Of a DNA stretch of 55,637 bases, positions 55,001 to 55,637 are shown in pieces; positions within the stretch are counted from its first letter, which is position 1, and each line of letters opens with the position of its first letter. Under the pieces are notes generated by a model. The model ran no database searches. It was not told the origin of the DNA and saw only the letters and a program-made list of their open reading frames with translations. Position numbers and translations under genes: made by a program. Location: sequence record OR810919.1. One strand, written 5' to 3'. This DNA is from Klebsiella phage VB_KpM-AEV23.

Positions 55001-55637
55001 CCCATTGCAGGATCACAAATCTTGAGAGTGAGTAGTTCAGAAGAGGATTTTAGTTGCCACTTTTCACGTGGAATACCCTCTGTTGGGCCAATATAAGTCA
55101 GTGGTGTTAGTGTTTCAGCAACAATCGCCTCGGTAAGTGACTTAGGTGTGTAATGAGTACCTGTTTCACGACGATTGGAACCACTAGTTACAATAAAAGA
55201 TCCTGCTGGATAAACCAGCGGATAGCCCCAAGGATCTGTACGAAGCAAATGTACATAAGGTTTAATTCGATCACGTAATTTGGTATCCCCCTGACAGGTA
55301 ATCAAGAGGCGTTCAATCAGACTATCATCAATTAGTTTGGATAGATCATTACGTATCTTACTGATCGAACTACCAGACCGCCAGCGTTGAGGATGAGCAC
55401 CGGCAGCGGCCCCGCTTACCCGCCAGCGTTGAGGATGAGCACCGGCAGCGGCCCCGCTTACCCGCCAGCGTTGAGGATGAGCACCTGCAGCAGCCCCGTT
55501 TGCCCGCCAGCGTTGATGATTAGCACCTGCAGCGACCCCGCTTACCCGCCAGCGTTGAGGATAAGCACCGTCAGCGCCCCCGTTTGCCCGCCAGCGTTGA
55601 GGATAAGCACCGGCAGCGGACCCGTTTACCCGCCAGC
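54985..55637 (-). pseudogene. gamma-class N6-adenine DNA methyltransferase-like ORF, N-terminal fragment with 14-aa tandem repeats; truncated by the IS and by the window edge
   Basis: Motif X GTHYTPKSLTEAIV and motif I-like KICDPAMG lie just before the IS junction. The frame is open upstream through the repeat array. Confidence 0.5.
55378..55637. repeat. 42-bp tandem repeat, at least 6.2 diverged units
   Basis: Unit ccgccagcgttgaggatgagcaccggcagcggccccgcttac. In frame on the minus strand as (V/A)(S/N)GAAAGA(H/Y)PQRWR. Confidence 0.9.

Noticed and set aside
54900-55120. Right inverted repeat of the IS903-like element
   Set aside because: The expected atttattcaacaaagcc is not present. The element is treated as truncated or degenerate.
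55378-55637. Possible CRISPR array
   Set aside because: Units are contiguous with no spacers. They are diverged copies and in frame within an ORF, so this is a coding tandem repeat.
1-55637. Phage single-subunit RNA polymerase, integrase or repressor
   Set aside because: Searched ORFs above 250 aa for hallmark motifs. None found, so transcription is inferred to be host-dependent and the lifestyle virulent.

Overview
This window holds an almost complete genome (about 54 kb) of a virulent tailed dsDNA phage with enterobacterial-style signals. No integrase, repressor or phage RNA polymerase is visible. Annotation rests on reading motifs in the supplied ORF track. Layout follows, with bases 1-378 being an AT-rich non-coding region carrying an (AAT)n microsatellite and C5 tracts.
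- 379-3220, minus strand: a D5-like primase/helicase and a small ORF.
- 3.3-20.4 kb, plus strand: early and middle genes under a recurring T(G/A)TACA-N17-TATAAT promoter family. They include a Sak4-like ATPase, an SSB-like protein, dCMP deaminase, a Cas4-like PD-(D/E)XK nuclease, a DEAH helicase, a codon-optimised lysine/alanine/glutamate-repeat protein with an ORF-free structured 3' region, a MazG-like protein, thymidylate synthase, a family-A DNA polymerase with proofreading exonuclease, an HNH endonuclease and a TraR/DksA-like zinc finger.
- 20.4-46.5 kb, minus strand: late genes. These are an overlapped spanin pair, a SAR endolysin, a holin, two tail-fibre-assembly-like chaperones, a tail fibre, baseplate I/J/W/V-like proteins, a tape measure with a lambda G/GT-type -1 frameshift site upstream, tube, sheath, Ig-like (Big_2) proteins, a 989-aa fibre/spike, head completion proteins, major capsid, scaffold, portal and both terminase subunits. 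The tail is of contractile type.
- 46.7-49.7 kb, minus strand: a dNMP-kinase-like protein, a DHFR-like protein, an HExxH protein and unknowns.
- 49.75-50.53 kb: an AT-rich divergent control region with iterated motifs.
- 50.5-53.3 kb, plus strand: a host-takeover operon of small acidic and membrane proteins separated by a conserved hairpin element.
- 53.3-53.8 kb, minus strand: a T7 endonuclease-I-like gene.
- 54.0 kb to the window end: IS903-group insertion-sequence remnants, then a gamma-class N6-adenine methyltransferase-like ORF that is interrupted by the IS and carries an in-frame 42-bp (14-aa) tandem repeat array running off the window.
No CRISPR array, tRNA or rRNA was recognised. Family names and boundaries should be confirmed by homology search.
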